From NCBI GenBank assembly GCA_951406725.2, contig OX597816.1, forward strand, positions 38,936,001 through 39,000,000: a stretch of DNA of 64,000 nucleotides, given 5' to 3'. The notes under the pieces were generated by a model. That model did not search any database and was not told where the DNA came from. It saw only the letters and a program-made list of their open reading frames with translations. Every line of letters begins with the position of its first letter. The first letter of the stretch is position 1. This DNA is from Octopus vulgaris. Lineage: Eukaryota. The position numbers were made by a program, and so were the translations under genes. This document shows, one piece after another, positions 23,241 through 38,399 of this stretch.

Positions 23241-24400
23241 TATGCAGGAAGTAAATAGACACCTTTAATTTTCAAAATCTTATTTAATACGCCAAGTGAA
23301 CAATTGATAGGTAGGACTACTTACTTTAGTATTTAGTTGACATTCCCTTTGCAGCTTTTAATTCAGAAACTCTTTTTGGCATTGAACTGATGAGCTTTGT
23401 GATTGTCTCTTGTGAAATTTCTGCCCACTTTTCGTGCACTGTTGAGTTTTTCATATAACTCTATCTAGTATGCTCCAAAGATTTTCAATTGGATTCATGT
23501 CAGGAGATTGGCTCAGCCAAGGAAGCTTTTTGATCCCATTTTCAGTCAGCCATTGTTGATTTCTGTGTAGCATGGAGCTCCATCTTCCATGAATAAAAAC
23601 TCATTTTTCATTGTTATCGTGAGAATACATCGGAAGTAGTCCTTGCTTAAGTATTTCGATGTATTTTTCAGAGTTTATAGTTCCATTACAGAGATACCGC
23701 TATGTTTCACAGTTGGTTGGAGTTGTTTCAAATTAAATTCTTGATTGGGAAGCCTCCAGATCCAAACACGTCCACTGTCAGATAATAATGCAAATCTGGA
23801 TTCATCTAAGAAATTCACTCTATCCCAAAATGAACTGAATTTTTCTGACATCTCCTTAGCCCATTTCTTTCTTTTTGTGATATTAATTGGTTGAAGGAGA
23901 GGTTTTCTTCTAGCTGCTCGTCCATAATACCCAAGCTTATGCAGATATGTAACACATGTTCTTAGACTAACTTCTAGCTGTTTTGCAATGTCAGAAGCCT
24001 TTGAACAGGGTTCATTTTCCACAATTATCTTCAAACAGCAAAGCTTCCTTTCCAAGGGCTCAGGTTGGCTGTGATGGGAATCTGTTGATACTTTTCCGTG
24101 GCTTTTGAATTGCACTATAATTCTATTAACAGTAGCAAGAGGAATTTGAAGATTTTCAGCAATTTTTTGCTGGCTAAGACCAGCCTCAGATTGCCCAACA
24201 ATACGACCTCTGATAATCTGATAGTTCTGCTGAAATTTTTTGTGCGCGGCATGGTTACTCTTTGCAAATGTTTAATACAGTGGCACCTGGAATGAAAGAG
24301 AATAATTAATTACATTGGAAATTCTACACCACTGAAAACATATTAAGAAGCTTAGATCAGAAATTTTGAAAATTAAAGGTCTCTATTTACTTCCTGCATG
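23241..24400 (-). mobile_element. Tc1-like (DD34E) transposon, decayed transposase (24252->23326)
   Basis: TIRs atgcaggaagtaaatagacacctttaattttcaaaat / attttgaaaattaaaggtctctatttacttcctgcat. Motifs [40 protein letters not shown] and KGMSTKY*. Confidence 0.95.
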
Positions 24401-25540
24401 TCTGTGTATTTATATAAAACAATCACACACATGTATCTACATTCAACCATTGTATATATATTTGTTATATATTTTGATTATTGATTGAGTAGATCTTAAC
24501 TCAAGAAAATACTCAGTCTGTCATAGATACAGAATCAGCATTTCTTTCTTTAACCAGGTGATACCTTACAACTGAACAGTTGCTGCAATAAATTTTTGAT
24601 CTTCTTTAAAAGTTAAGCATGGGCATTGAAGAGATATGGGATTGTACTGAAATAATTGTATTTCATCATCATTATCATTTTAAAATCCACTTTTCCATGC
24701 TTGTATGGGCCAGACAGAGTTCATTGAAGCAAATTTTCTTTAGCTTGATACCCTACCTGTTGCTAACCCTCACCTGTTTCCAAGCAAAGTATTATTTTCC
24801 CATTGTCAAACATGTTTTTGTGGTAGATTGGAAGCTTGTATGATAGTGACACTATCACATAATGCCAACACAGGAAGGCACACACACACACACACACAAA
24901 TATATACATGACAGGCTTCTTTCAGTTTCAGTCTACCAAATCCACTCATAAGGATTTGGTCAACCCAGAGGCATAGTAGAGGATTCTTGCCCAAGATGTC
25001 ATGCAGTGGGACTGAACCTGAAACCACATGGTTGGGAAGTGAACTTCTTAACTAAACAGCTATGCCTGTGCTTATACATATAATGTCTGAGTGCATGTGA
25101 GTCATGGCTGGTGTGTTGTTTGTTACTTTGAAGTTTGTTTCTCAATCATATAATTTTGGGTTCAGTTCCATTGTGTAGCACTTGGGGCAAGTTTCTCCTG
25201 TTATAGTTCCAGACCAATGAATGTCTGGTAGTTGGATTTAGAAACAGAACCTGAAAGAAGCCGGACATGTGAGTGCATGTATACACACACACATCATCAT
25301 CATCGTCATCATCATCATTATCATCATCATTTAACATCCGTTTTTCCATGCTGGTGTGGGTTGGATGGGTTGACTTGAGCTGGTAAGGCTAAGAGCTGCA
25401 CTAGGCCCCATTGTCTATTCTGGCATAGTTTCTACAGCTGGATGCCCTTCCTAACGCCAACCACTCCACAATGTACTGGCTACTTTTTATGTTACACCAT
25501 CACCACTATCAATTCTTCATTGGCAGGCAGATCTTTTTGA

Positions 25541-25615
<75 letters not shown>

Positions 25616-25849
25616 TTATTCATTTTGTTTCAGTCATTTGACTGTGTCCATGCTGGAGCACCACCTTTAGTGGAGCAAATTGACCTGAGGGCTTATTCTT
25701 TGTAAGCCTAGTACTTATTCTATCAGTTCCTTTAGCTGAACCGCTAGGTTACAGGGATGTAAGCATATCACCATCAGTTTATAAGCAATATTGGGGTGGG
25801 GGGGACAAACACACACACACAAGCATATACACACACATATACATATATA

Positions 25850-27106
<1,257 letters not shown>

Positions 27107-27350
27107 TATATGGGTACAGGATGTCACCAATGGTGCAAATAACATACACCTAAGAGATGCTCGAAATGAGAAGTAGATAGACAGCCAACAACTGATGAAG
27201 GGTCCATTTACTGTGTTAACTTGTGCTGTTTTCTATTTTCTTCTTGTTTATGTATTTCACTTGATTTTGTCCTGTAATTACTGTCCACGTCTTGTAACTA
27301 CCACTAGTGTGTATGTTATTTGCACCGTTGGTGACATCCTGTACCCATAT
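27107..27350 (+). mobile_element. ~240-bp element with ~42-bp inverted ends and GAAA/CTGATGA motifs
   Basis: atatgggtacaggatgtcaccaatggtgcaaataacatacac / gtgtatgttatttgcaccgttggtgacatcctgtacccatat. Longer one-ended copies at ~29580-30255 and 42706-42952. Confidence 0.7.
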
Positions 27351-27535
27351 CATCATCATCATCATCGTCGTTTAACGTCCGTTCTCCATGCTAGCATGGG
27401 TTGGATGGTTCGACCGGGGTTCTGGGAAGCCAGAAGGCTGCACCAGGCTCCAGTCTAATCTGGCAATGTTTCTACAGCTGGATGCCCTTCCTAACGCCAA
27501 CCACTCCGTGAGTGTATATATATATATATATTATA

Positions 27536-29538
27536 TTATGTGGCGTGCAAGAGAGACGGCTGCGCTGGTATGGTCATGTGACAAGAAAGGCTGAAGATAG
27601 TTGTGTGCAAAAGTGCTACACCCTAGCAGTGGAGGGAACCTGTGGAAGAGGTAGACCCAGGAAAACCTGGGACGAGGTGGTGAAGCACGACCTTCGAACT
27701 TTAGGTCTCACTAAGGAAATGTCTAGAGACCGAGACCTATGGAAGTATGCTGTGCATGAGAAGACCCGGCAAGACTAGTCAGGCCATAACCCGTGGCCCC
27801 GACCTGGGACGTAGTCAGTCCTGTGCATACCTTCCTTCTTGTGACACTTATGAAGACCTGTTGAGGCAAGTGAAAATCAAATCAAATCAAATCAAAACAA
27901 ATCAAAATAGATGAACATCAGTGGAATTGTATTCTTTGTGGTACCAGTGCCGGTGGCACACAAGAAAACCACCCAAACGTGGCCGTAACCAGTACCGCAT
28001 CGACTGGCCTCCGTGCTGTGGGCACAACAAACACCATCCGATCGTGGCCGTTCGCCAGCCTCATCTGGCACCTGTGCCGGTGGCACATAAAGACACCATC
28101 CGAAGACCCGGCGACGTAGTCAGTCCACCTGTGCATACCTTCCCTCTTATGACACTTGTGAAGACCTGTTGAGGCAAGTGTGTGACACTTGTGAAGACCT
28201 ATTGAGGCAGAGGCAAGTGTGTGACACTGGTGGAGACCTGTTGAGGCAAGTGTGTGACCCTTGTGAAGACCTGTTGAGGCAAGTGAAAATCAAACCAAAT
28301 CAAAATAGATGAATATCAATGGAATTTGTATCTTTGTGGTTCCAGTACAGGTGGCACACAAGAAAACCATCCGAACGTGGCCGTAGCTGGTACCGCATCG
28401 ACTGGCCTCCGTGCTGTGGGCACAACAAACACCATCTGATCGTGGCCGTTCGCCAGCCTCACCTGGCACCTGTGTCGGTGGCACATAAAAACACCATCCA
28501 AAGACCCGGCGACGTAGTCAGTCCACCTGTGCATACCTTCCCTCTTATGACACTTGTGAAGACCTGTTGAGGCAGAGGCAAGTGTGTGACACTTTGTGAA
28601 GACCTGTTGAGGCAGAGGCAAGTGTGTGACACTTGTGGAGACCTGTTGAGGCAAGTGTGTGACACGCGTGACACTTGTGAAGACCTGTTGAGGCAAGTGA
28701 AAATCAAAATCAAACCAAATCAAAATAGATGAACATCAATGGAATTTGTATCTTTGTGGTTCCAGTACCGGTGGCACACAAGAAAACCATCCGATCGTGG
28801 CCGTTCGCCAGCCACATCTGGCACCTGTGTCGGTGGCACATAAAGACACCATCCGAAGACCCGGCGACGTAGACAGTCCACCTGTGCATACCTTCCTTCT
28901 TGTGACACTTGTGAAGACCTGTTGAGGCAAGTGAAAATCAAATCAAATCAAATCAAAACAAATCAAAATAGATGAACATAAATGGAATTTGTATCTTTGT
29001 GGTACCAGTGCCGGTGGCACACAAGAAAATCATCCGAACGTGGCCGTAGCCAGTACCGCATAGACTGGCCTCCGTGCTTTGGGGACGTAACAAACACCAT
29101 CCGATCGTGGCCGTCCGCCAGCCTCATCTGGCACCTGTGTCGGTGGCACATAAAAACACCATCCGAGCGTGGCCGCCTGCCAGCCTCGTCTGGCACCTGC
29201 CAGCCTCATCTGGCACCTGTGTCGGTGGCACATAAAAACACCATCCAAGCGTGGCCGTCTGCCAGCCTCGTCTGGCACCTGTGTCGGTGGCACATAAAAA
29301 CACCATCCGAGCGTGGCCGTTCGCCAGCCTCGTCTGGCACCTGTGTCGGTGGCACATAAAATCACCCACTACACTCTCGGAGTGGTTGGCGTTAGGAAGG
29401 GCATCCAGCTGTAGAAACACTGCCAGATCTGACTGGCCTGGTGCAGCCTTCGGGCTCCCCAGACCCCAGTTGAACCGTCCAACCCATGCTAGCATGGAAA
29501 ACGGACGCTAAATGATGATGATGATGATGATGATGATG
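27536..29538 (+). mobile_element. 5'-truncated RTE-clade LINE: ORF C-terminus, tandemly repeated 3' UTR, (GAT)n tail
   Basis: RRLRWYGHVTRK...GRGRPRKTW.EVVKHDL..LGL....DRDLWK (stop at 27778) is the typical RTE C-terminus. Ends ggttggcgttaggaagggcatccagc...aaa(tga)n. Confidence 0.9.
27807..29360 (+). repeat. Higher-order tandem repeat within the LINE 3' UTR
   Basis: ~300-400-bp unit starting gacgtagtcagtcc at ~27807, 28112, 28510 and 28864, with nested ~30-bp, ~60-bp and (aatca)n subrepeats. Confidence 0.9.
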
Positions 29539-29579
29539 CATGTATATATATATATATTATATTATTTATTTATTTAATT

Positions 29580-30255
29580 GAACGCAACACATCCATTCCC
29601 ATGTAAGTTTATCTTCACCTAGTTTTTGTGTGACTCACTACTCTGTACTGTTTCCTTCCTCTCATCTTTGCTTCTTTCTTTGCCCATCCTTCTCTAATTC
29701 CCTTTCTCCCCTCCCTCCTTCACTATTTTCTATTTGTCTCTCTCTCCCTCTCCTTCCTCACATGTGACCATCGTCCATCCTTTTTTCCTCATGTGACTAT
29801 CTTTTCCTGCTCTGATATCTAAATAACTGGAGGGTTTTTTTTCTCTCTCTCTCTCTTCTCTCTTTTCTCTTTTCAAAAAAATGTCTCTCTCAGTGTTCTC
29901 TATTCTTTTTTCATTCCAGTCTAACGACCCTCCATGTCAGTTTTCGTTCGGTTTCCTTGTATGTCTCTACTGTTATTTTTTGTTCCCACTTTGACCCTCC
30001 ATAAATCCTAAATTTTATTTTAGAATTTATGGGAGCTACTGTCTTTGACGACTCATATGCTTGAAATGACGAGTAGGTAGACAGCCGATGACTGATGAAG
30101 GGTCCTTTTTCTGTGTTAACTTGTCTTGTTTACCATTTTTTTTCTCATTGTTTACATATTTCACTTGTTTTTGTCCTGTAATCACTGTCCACGTTTAGTA
30201 TCTATCTTTCATGTGTATGTTATTAGCACTGTTGGTGATGTCCTGTACCCATATA
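29580..30255 (+). mobile_element. Longer copy of the gacatcctgtacccat-ended family, terminating in (TA)n
   Basis: 30060-30255 aligns with 27160-27350 and 42800-42952; preceded by a pyrimidine-rich body. Confidence 0.65.
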
Positions 30256-30299
<44 letters not shown>

Positions 30300-31227
30300 T
30301 AGTACGTTTAAATATTTGTTGTGCAAGATTTTTTATGTGAAGTCGTGTGTTGAGATTAAGATTAAGATTAATGTAAAAAATTAAATAACACTGAAGCAAA
30401 ATAACACCAAATATATAGTGCGTGTGTTTTTATTGGCTAAACTGGCAAAATGACCATTCCGAAATATAACAATATATTATATTATTTATTTATTTAATTG
30501 AATGCGACACATCCATTCCCAAGTAAGTTTATCTTCACCTGTATATCATCATCATCATCGTTTAAAGTCCGTTTTCCATGCTGGCATGGGTTGGACGGCT
30601 CGACTGGGGTCTGGGAAGCCAGGAGGCAGCACCAGGCTCCAATATATACGATGGGCTTCTTTCAGTTTCTGTCTACCAAATGTACTCACAAGGCTCTGGT
30701 CGGCCTGAGACTATAGTAGAAGAAACTTGCCCAAGGTGCCATGCAGCGGGACTGAACCTGGAACCATGTGGTTGGTAAGTAAGCTATTTACCACACAGCC
30801 ACTCCTGCTCCTATAACCACTCCCGCACCTATGTCTATATATACACACATATACATATATGTTGTTGCAAACAAGTCTCACTCCATCATACCAGTGGTGT
30901 TCATCTCCAGTTTGCTTTGAAAGCATGTCTGGACATAGGGAAATATCTTGCTTGGAAACATTTGAAGGCTAGCAAAAAGAGCATCCAGCTGTAGAAAATA
31001 TCTCAAATTCCATTTGATCCCTATAGGCAAGGAAACGTAGACATTACACTGATGATGATGGTGTGTGTTTGTGTGTATTTATTTGTATGAGGTAAATAAT
31101 TCACAAATATTACAACAGTTTGACAAAGAAAAGTTTTATAACGTAATACAACAATATCTAACTAATGGTTTATTATATGTCCCAATTATCATCAACATTA
31201 TTTGAACTAGTTCTTTGTGGTTCTTTG

Positions 31228-31586
31228 TAGTAGTTCCCAATCATTTTTTGCCTCTGGACCCCTTTGATTCCTATTCTATTCTATTGGACCCTCCTAGCCA
31301 ATTGGTGTTCAAGAAAATCCTATTATATTTTTATAATAGAATATTACAAGGAAATGTATAAAAAAAATATTTTGTGTATTGTAGAAATATAAGACGTATA
31401 TTTGCCATTTAAATATGGCTAACCCCTAAGGGTGGATGCTACTGTAGTTTGTAGCCCCAGGAGGACACCTCCTCCGGCTACAGACACACTTTCTGTGCCC
31501 TATCAGTATTTGCAAAGGGAAGCCATCTTTCCCGTCTTCAACTTATAACAGTAAAATCTCATGTGGACCCCTGTTGAGAACCATTG
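31228..31586. mobile_element. hAT (Charlie-like) MITE remnant with nested ~150-bp insert (31391-31538)
   Basis: Ends tagtagttcccaa..tggacccc / tggaccccctgttgagaaccattg. The insert has aagacg/cgtctt ends and resembles the reverse complement of 1-50. Similar hAT relics at ~6250-6400, 10276-10445 and 36144-36385. Confidence 0.5.
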
Positions 31587-32143
31587 GTCTAAATTGTAAT
31601 CACAAAAACTTGTCATTTTTTTATTATTTGATAGAAAATTCCTACCTAGATTCAATCATAGATCTTATCAATTCATTTTAACCATTGCTAAGAGCACCCA
31701 AAGGTTATCTCCTTAAAGATTTTAAAGTGGGTTATGTAACTGATTGCATTTCATTTTAGCATGAAATATATATAAAGTATATACGAAATCTATATGAATT
31801 ATATATGAAATAAATGTGATATATAAATATGTATAATTTGTTAATTTGGAATCTCTTTTTAATGAAGGTTAATATTCATCTGGTGATGGGACTCTTAGCA
31901 GGATTATTTAAAATTAAAGGGACTGATGGACTCTGGGTGCCTCTAATGGAATGGAAACCAACAACTTAGCATTTATACAGTTCTTAAAAATAGTAACTAA
32001 GTCTCCCTCACATCGCATTTTACCATCTTAAAAAGCAAAGAACATATTTGATAATGTATTGGGTAGTTGGAATGCTTTTGATCATTGGTCTGCTCAATCA
32101 GGTCTGACCTGGAGTGATATAAAAACCACCACCATGGTTTTAA

Positions 32144-32338
32144 CCCTTTTGTATTCATATTGCTCTGTCAAATGTAATGTTTATTTATTAACATTGCTTT
32201 GAATTAATCATGTATTATCTTGTAGTTTCAAGGTTTTTATGATATGATTGTATATGTTTAGTTTAGCATGATAGTGTAGTATAAGAGGCTAAATCTGGTT
32301 GGTTGTCGGATATGGCCGGTTTAAATGCTAAAGAATTA
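32144..32338. mobile_element. Second piggyBac-type MITE family (degenerate)
   Basis: ttaa-cccttttgtattc ... aaatgctaaagaa-ttaa. Copies at 47673-48243 (split by a SINE) and 48331-48458 (partial). Confidence 0.6.
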
Positions 32339-34957
32339 AAGACTGCATTCTGAAGATTTGGCCCTCTCATTAGGGGCAAAAATTACTTTGTCACTAAAAG
32401 GTTACTATTTATTGCTCTACAAATGCATCCCATATGAGAGTACTGATCTCATATCTGGAATAAAATAGCCGTTTGCTCACAAGTATATTATTTTGCACAC
32501 ACACTTTTTCTAAGCTATTTAGTTAATTGATATACCTTCACTATCCAGTAAATTACAACCACTAATTCACTGACATCTGTTTTCTTCCCCTATCTCTCCT
32601 TTATCATAGCCCAACTGATCCATCCATCTAGCATTCATTGTCTCATCCCTACTGAGCTAGGTTTTTATTTATAAATATATTTCTTTTTTCCTCAGACTGG
32701 AGAAAGGCCAGTATCCATAAGTTTTGTGGCTCCTTTGAGACTGTTTTAGCTTGATGACATTAATCTTCTACTTAAATTGTTGTAGGTCAACACCTGCTGG
32801 AAAGACATGAATATAGAGATTTTATAGGGTTAGTGTCAGTGGGGTGGAGACTGTATTATATGGAGCTGGGTTGGATGCAACAACAGTATGAGGAATGGGT
32901 TGGAACTGCTTGAGTGGAGAAGGTAAAAAATCAACCAGCTCTGAAGAATAGAGACCATTATAGTAATGTAATTTTTCTGCCATACAAGTTGAATTTTTCA
33001 GACTGAAATTTACAGCTAAAACATCTTATACACCAATATGACTTTGGAAGACCAAAAATTCCATGTGAAATGCAGCATGATTTGAAAAGATAGTGATGAT
33101 GTTTGAGTATTTACACTATTTATTACATAAACTTGTATATCAAGAAATACAGTAATGCTAGAAAAGACAAAGAGAATAGACAGTATGCCTGTGGACCAGA
33201 GACTGAGGAATGTCTATAAGGGTCTTAATGCCAATCAGTCAAAGGACCCTTCTTTGACTGCAATCCAGGATGTCTGTGTGTGTAGCAGCTGCACTGTCCT
33301 GGCTGCAGGAGCAGTACTCTGTTGTGGTACTCTCTTAAGCCTTGTTGAGTGTCAGCAGCTGTTTAACAGCCTCCAAGCATCATCTATATACTTATAAAAA
33401 GAAAGTCTGTTTGTACATTGACTGGTAATAACACTAAATAAAATTGGTTAATAATCAAGGTTTTTCATATTGCCAACTAGTCTGACTTCCGACACACTTG
33501 TATTAAATATTTTGCCTAATTGTCTTCTTTAGAACTCCAATACTCTCTTGCTCCCTGTATTTTCCCTCCTGACATCAACCTACAAAAATTTCAGCTGAAC
33601 AACCATCAACCTTACTAGTTTTTGAGCCAATATGGGAACTTCTATGTTCGACATGCTAGAAATAGCAGCCAAATCTTCCTCTGGTCTTAAGAAAAGGAAG
33701 GACTCATTAAATAATGTAGTCCTATGTATACTGATACTACTACTATTACTACTTTTGCCAGTGTGATAGCTTCTACATAGATGCTAGAAATAACAGCCAA
33801 ATATTTCCAATATTGAGCCCTACCATCTTAAAAAAGAGAAAGATACTTTGGTCAGTAGAGGTAATGTAGCCTCAGATATGCTACTACTACTACCTAAAAC
33901 AACGAAGAAAATTTTATGCTATTGTTAGACCTGTTAGAAATTATAGCCAGAAGTAGGGTGTGGTTTGAGGAACATTTGTCTTAATAGACATTTGTCCCTT
34001 CTCCTCAGATCAGTTCTTGGTTTAATAGCATCAACTGACCCTTTTATCTTCTGTTTCAATCACTGGAGTGTAGCATGCTGAGGCACTGTCTTGAAAGATT
34101 TAGTCAAACAAATCAATTCTGGTGCTCGTTTTTTTTTAAAGTCTGGTATTAACTCTACTAGTCTCTTTTACCTTACTTGGACATAAACAAACCAACATCA
34201 GTTGTGAAGCAGAGGGAGATAGATAAACACAAACACATATACATACATATATGCGATAGCTTCTACATAGTTTCTGTTTTCAAAATTCACTCAAAAGTTA
34301 TTGGTTGGCCTTGGTCTATAATAGAAGACACTTGCCCGAGGTCCCATGCAGTGGGGCTGAACCTGAAACCATATGGTTAGAAATCAAGCTTCTTAACCAC
34401 ATAGTTATGCCTGTCCTTGGGTATCTTTTATAATACACTTTATTGTAAGCATTCAGACCAAGTCTTAGTCCCAAGGATAATCCCATATTTTTATGTGGCT
34501 TCCAACTACAGCAACCATAAGTCTTGTCTTACTATAACAGGTCTTTAGGCATCTCTTCCAACTTGTACCTTAAAATAAGGATAGTTTCTGATGTAGGCAC
34601 TAAGCCTGAAATTTTGAGGGGATGTGTTAGTTAATACTATCAACTCCAGTACTCAAATTGGTACATTACTTTATTGACCCCAGAAGGATGAAAGGCAAAA
34701 TTGACCACAGTGGGAATTGAATTCAAAATGAGAGTTGAAAGAAATAACTGCAGGGTATTTTGTCCAATGCACTAATGATTCTCTCAACTCACTGCAAATA
34801 ATCCTCCGCCTCCTCCTTTCTATTATAGGTACAAGGCCTGAAATTTCAAGCAAGGGGGTCTAGTGGATTACATTGACCCCAGTGCTTGACTTGTACTTAT
34901 TTTATTGACTCCAAAAGGATGGGAGGCAAAGTCGGCCACAGCGGAATTTGAACTCAC

Positions 34958-34989
<32 letters not shown>

Positions 34990-35769
34990 GTTTCAAATTT
35001 TAGCACACAGTCAGCAATTTTGGGGGAGGGGTAAGTCAATTACATTGACCCCCAAAGGAAGAAAGGTAAAGCTGAACTCAGTGGAATTCAAACTCAGAAC
35101 CTAAAGATGGACAAAATGCTACTAAGCATTTTGCCTAGTGTATTAATGATTCTGCTAGCTTACTGCCTTGTTAATAATAATAATAATAATAATGGTTTCA
35201 GTCACTAGGCCAGCAATTTTCGAAAAGAGAGAGTTAGTTGATACCATTAACTCCATTAACTGGTGCTTTATTTTATCAACACCAAACAGATAAATGGCAA
35301 AGTTGAAAATCCAGATAAGCTTTGGCTTTATGAGCCTGTTGGCTCAAAGCAGACTTTAGTGGTATGATTTGATGCAGGTTTGGTTGCTATTTCTAGCAAG
35401 GCAAGTAACCATGTAATGGCTCTATCACCGACATTCCTTAAATGTTTAATACTTCAATGTTTCCGCCTAAAGCAGCAGCTCTCAAACTGACAAATATCAG
35501 TAAAATTCTTTGGCACCTATGTCTTTATTGAGAAGACATGATATTTTGTATCCATATAATTCTTCTTTCTTCATTATGATGTTGGAGAAGTTTCAAAAGT
35601 TGGAAACCATCATCTTCATCATCTTTTAATATCCATTTTCCATGCTGGCATGGGTTGGATGGTTTGACATAAGCTGGCAAGCTGGTGAGCTACACCAGGC
35701 TCCATTTGTCTGTTTTGGCATGATTTCTACAGTTGGATGCCCTTCCTAATGGCAACCACTCTACAGAGT

Positions 35770-36005
35770 GTACTGGGTGCTTTTCACATGGTACCAATAC
35801 AGTTGCTTTTCACATAGCACCAGCCATGTGTTTTTAACACAGCACCAGTACAGGTTCTTTTTATGTGGTGCCAGCACAGATGTTTTTTTATGTGACATCA
35901 GCACAGGTGCTTTTAACATAGCACCAGGACAGTGGCTCTTAATGTGGCACCAACACAGGTGCTCTTAATGTGGCACCAGCACAGGTGCCTTTTATGTGGG
36001 ACCAG
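35770..36005. repeat. Degenerate ~26-30-bp minisatellite derived from the RTE-tail unit
   Basis: About 8-9 copies of gtgctttt(a)atgtggcaccagcacag following an RTE tail. Confidence 0.75.
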
Positions 36006-36814
36006 TAGGGTCACCAAGTAGCTTGTAATACAAGGACCTTCTAGCTGAATTTTATTAAAGATGTAGATTTGTTAGAGCTCACCCCAATTTCAATACTTAC
36101 AGCTCCTTCCACCACTCTGCATTATGAGAAACATTGATCTAGAGTAGTATTCCTCAATCTTTTTTGCTCCACAGACCAGTTTCATGCAAGACAAGTTTTT
36201 CCTCTGACCAAGAGATTGTATGCATAACTAAACACAAAGTACATGATATATAATTATTACATATATAATATATATTATAATGCAAAAACATCCTGAAGAC
36301 TGTGACAGTCAAGAATGTAAAAATAAAGTTTAAAAATTTATTCTTTCTGCGTGGCCTGGTACCTGGTGGTTGAGGGTCCTTAATCTAGTTTTTATTATAT
36401 TTGTATTTTGAGTGTTTTTGTGCATGTATCATTATCATTTTGGCATGGGTTGGATGGTTTGATAAGATCCAACAAGGGCCACATCATATTCCAGTATCTC
36501 AGTTTTGGCATCATTTTCATGGTTGAATCATCATCATCATCATCAACATTTAACGTCTGTTTTCCATGCTGGCATGAGCTGGGTGACTTGACAGGAACTG
36601 GCAAGGCCAGAGGTCACACCAGGTTCCATAGTCTGTTTTGATATAGTTTCTATAACTGGATTCTCTTCCTAATGCCAACCACTTCATAGAGTGTACTGGG
36701 TACTTTTATCATGACACCAGCACCAGTGCTTTTAACACTACATCAGCACTTACCCCAGTGCTTTTTATGTGGCACCTTAGTTTTAGGGTCTCAATTCTGT
36801 TATGGTGGGCAGGT

Positions 36815-36945
36815 CTTCTTCAGTACAGCAATGCACCACATATCTCAGTCTTTGTCATCTCCTTCATAAGGCTCAGTGTTTTGTGATCGGCCTTCAATAC
36901 TTCATCCTGTGTCTTCCTGGATTTCCCTCCTCCACAACCTTCCTG
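36815..36945 (-). pseudogene. RTE LINE ORF C-terminal fragment
   Basis: GCGGGKSRKTQDEVLKADHKTLSLMKEMTK is homologous to 27640-27730. Confidence 0.7.
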
Positions 36946-37889
36946 CTTTACAGAGTGAACTGAATGCATTTTATTGCAGCACCAGCACTTTGAATGTTGT
37001 CTTGCCCCCAGCAAAGATGAACAAATCCTGTCAACCCTGTATTGACTCTGCTTGATTCGCCATCAAATTTTACAATGTGTAGAGAGCAGTTTTTCCTGTG
37101 ATATTAACACTAATGAGGTTGCCTTGTAACTTGCAAGACTATAGAGCCTCCATAAGAGAAAGGAGAAGAGGAGTCGGAAAATGATGACTTAGTGAAGTGC
37201 GAAAAGAATAGAAGGATTATGCTTACATTTTTGTATGGTTCATTCATTCATTCATTTTTACAGCTAAGGCTTTCTGATGTTTAAATTTATGACAGTATTT
37301 CTGATCTGATATGTGCATAAAATGTGTGTGTGTGTTATGTATATAGGTAAAAGTATGATAAACAGAAGATACAGTTTGTTCCTTATGCATATATGTGCGT
37401 GTCTGTGTATGCATGCACATACAATGTGCACACATGCATACATTCATATGTATATGTCTTTATGTGTATGTATATATATATATATATATATATAAACACA
37501 TACACAGTCACAAATATTCATACACATGTAAATATACATACCCCTATACTTACAAATGCAAATGCATCAGCAACTGGTCACCTGCAGGTACTAAAGCAGA
37601 TAATGCAGTTGCATACAAATACACCCACTTAGATATACCTATGCATAGACCCAATGAAACCTGCATGATCAAAATTACAAAAAAATTATACACTCAGATT
37701 GGTTTTCTGTCTTTACGTTTTGAGTTCAAATTCTACCAAGGTCAACTTGACCTTTCATTTTTTTGGGGTCAGTGAAATGACAAGTACTGGGATCATCTCT
37801 AGCCCACTCCCCTAAAATTTCAAGCCTTGTATCTCCAACAGAAAGGATTATTAAATAGAATTGTGACTAAAGATATTGGGCAATACATA

Positions 37890-38286
37890 AGGTGCAGGAG
37901 TGGCTGTGTGGTAAGTAGCTTGCTAACCAACCACATGGTTTCGGGTTCAGTCCCACTGCGTGGCACCTTGGGCAAGTGTCTTCTGCTATAGCCCCGGGCT
38001 GACCAATGCCTTGTGAGTGGATTTGGTAGATGGAAACTGAAAGAAGCCTGTCGTATATATGTATATATATATATGTGTGTGTGTGTGTGTTTGTCCCCCT
38101 AGCATTGCTTGACAACCGATGCTGGTGTGTTTACGTCCTTGTCACTTAGCGGTTCGGTAAAAGAGACCGATAGAATAAGTACTAGGCTTACAAAGAATAA
38201 GTCCCGGGGTCGATTTGCTCGACTAAAGGCGGTGCTCCAGCATGGCCGCAGTCAAAAGACTGAAACAAGTAAAAGAGTAAAGAGTA
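37890..38286 (+). mobile_element. OK-like tRNA SINE, full length
   Basis: Matches other copies. Confidence 0.9.
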
Positions 38287-38399
38287 ACTGTAATGATTAA
38301 ACAATTAAGTGAATGAAAGTTTTCTTTTTTTTTTGTTTTCAAGATTAGAAGTAATTGTAAACATAATAATACAAGACAGCAGTTTTTACTCAGGAGCAG

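Noticed and set aside
27807-29360. Hairpin-forming ~30-bp repeats superficially like a CRISPR array
   Set aside because: No unique spacers and no cas genes; eukaryotic context inside a LINE 3' UTR.
33155-33397. 80-aa ORF in unique-looking sequence (also 51983-52324, 55279-55500)
   Set aside because: No recognisable domain or exon boundaries; length within chance expectation.
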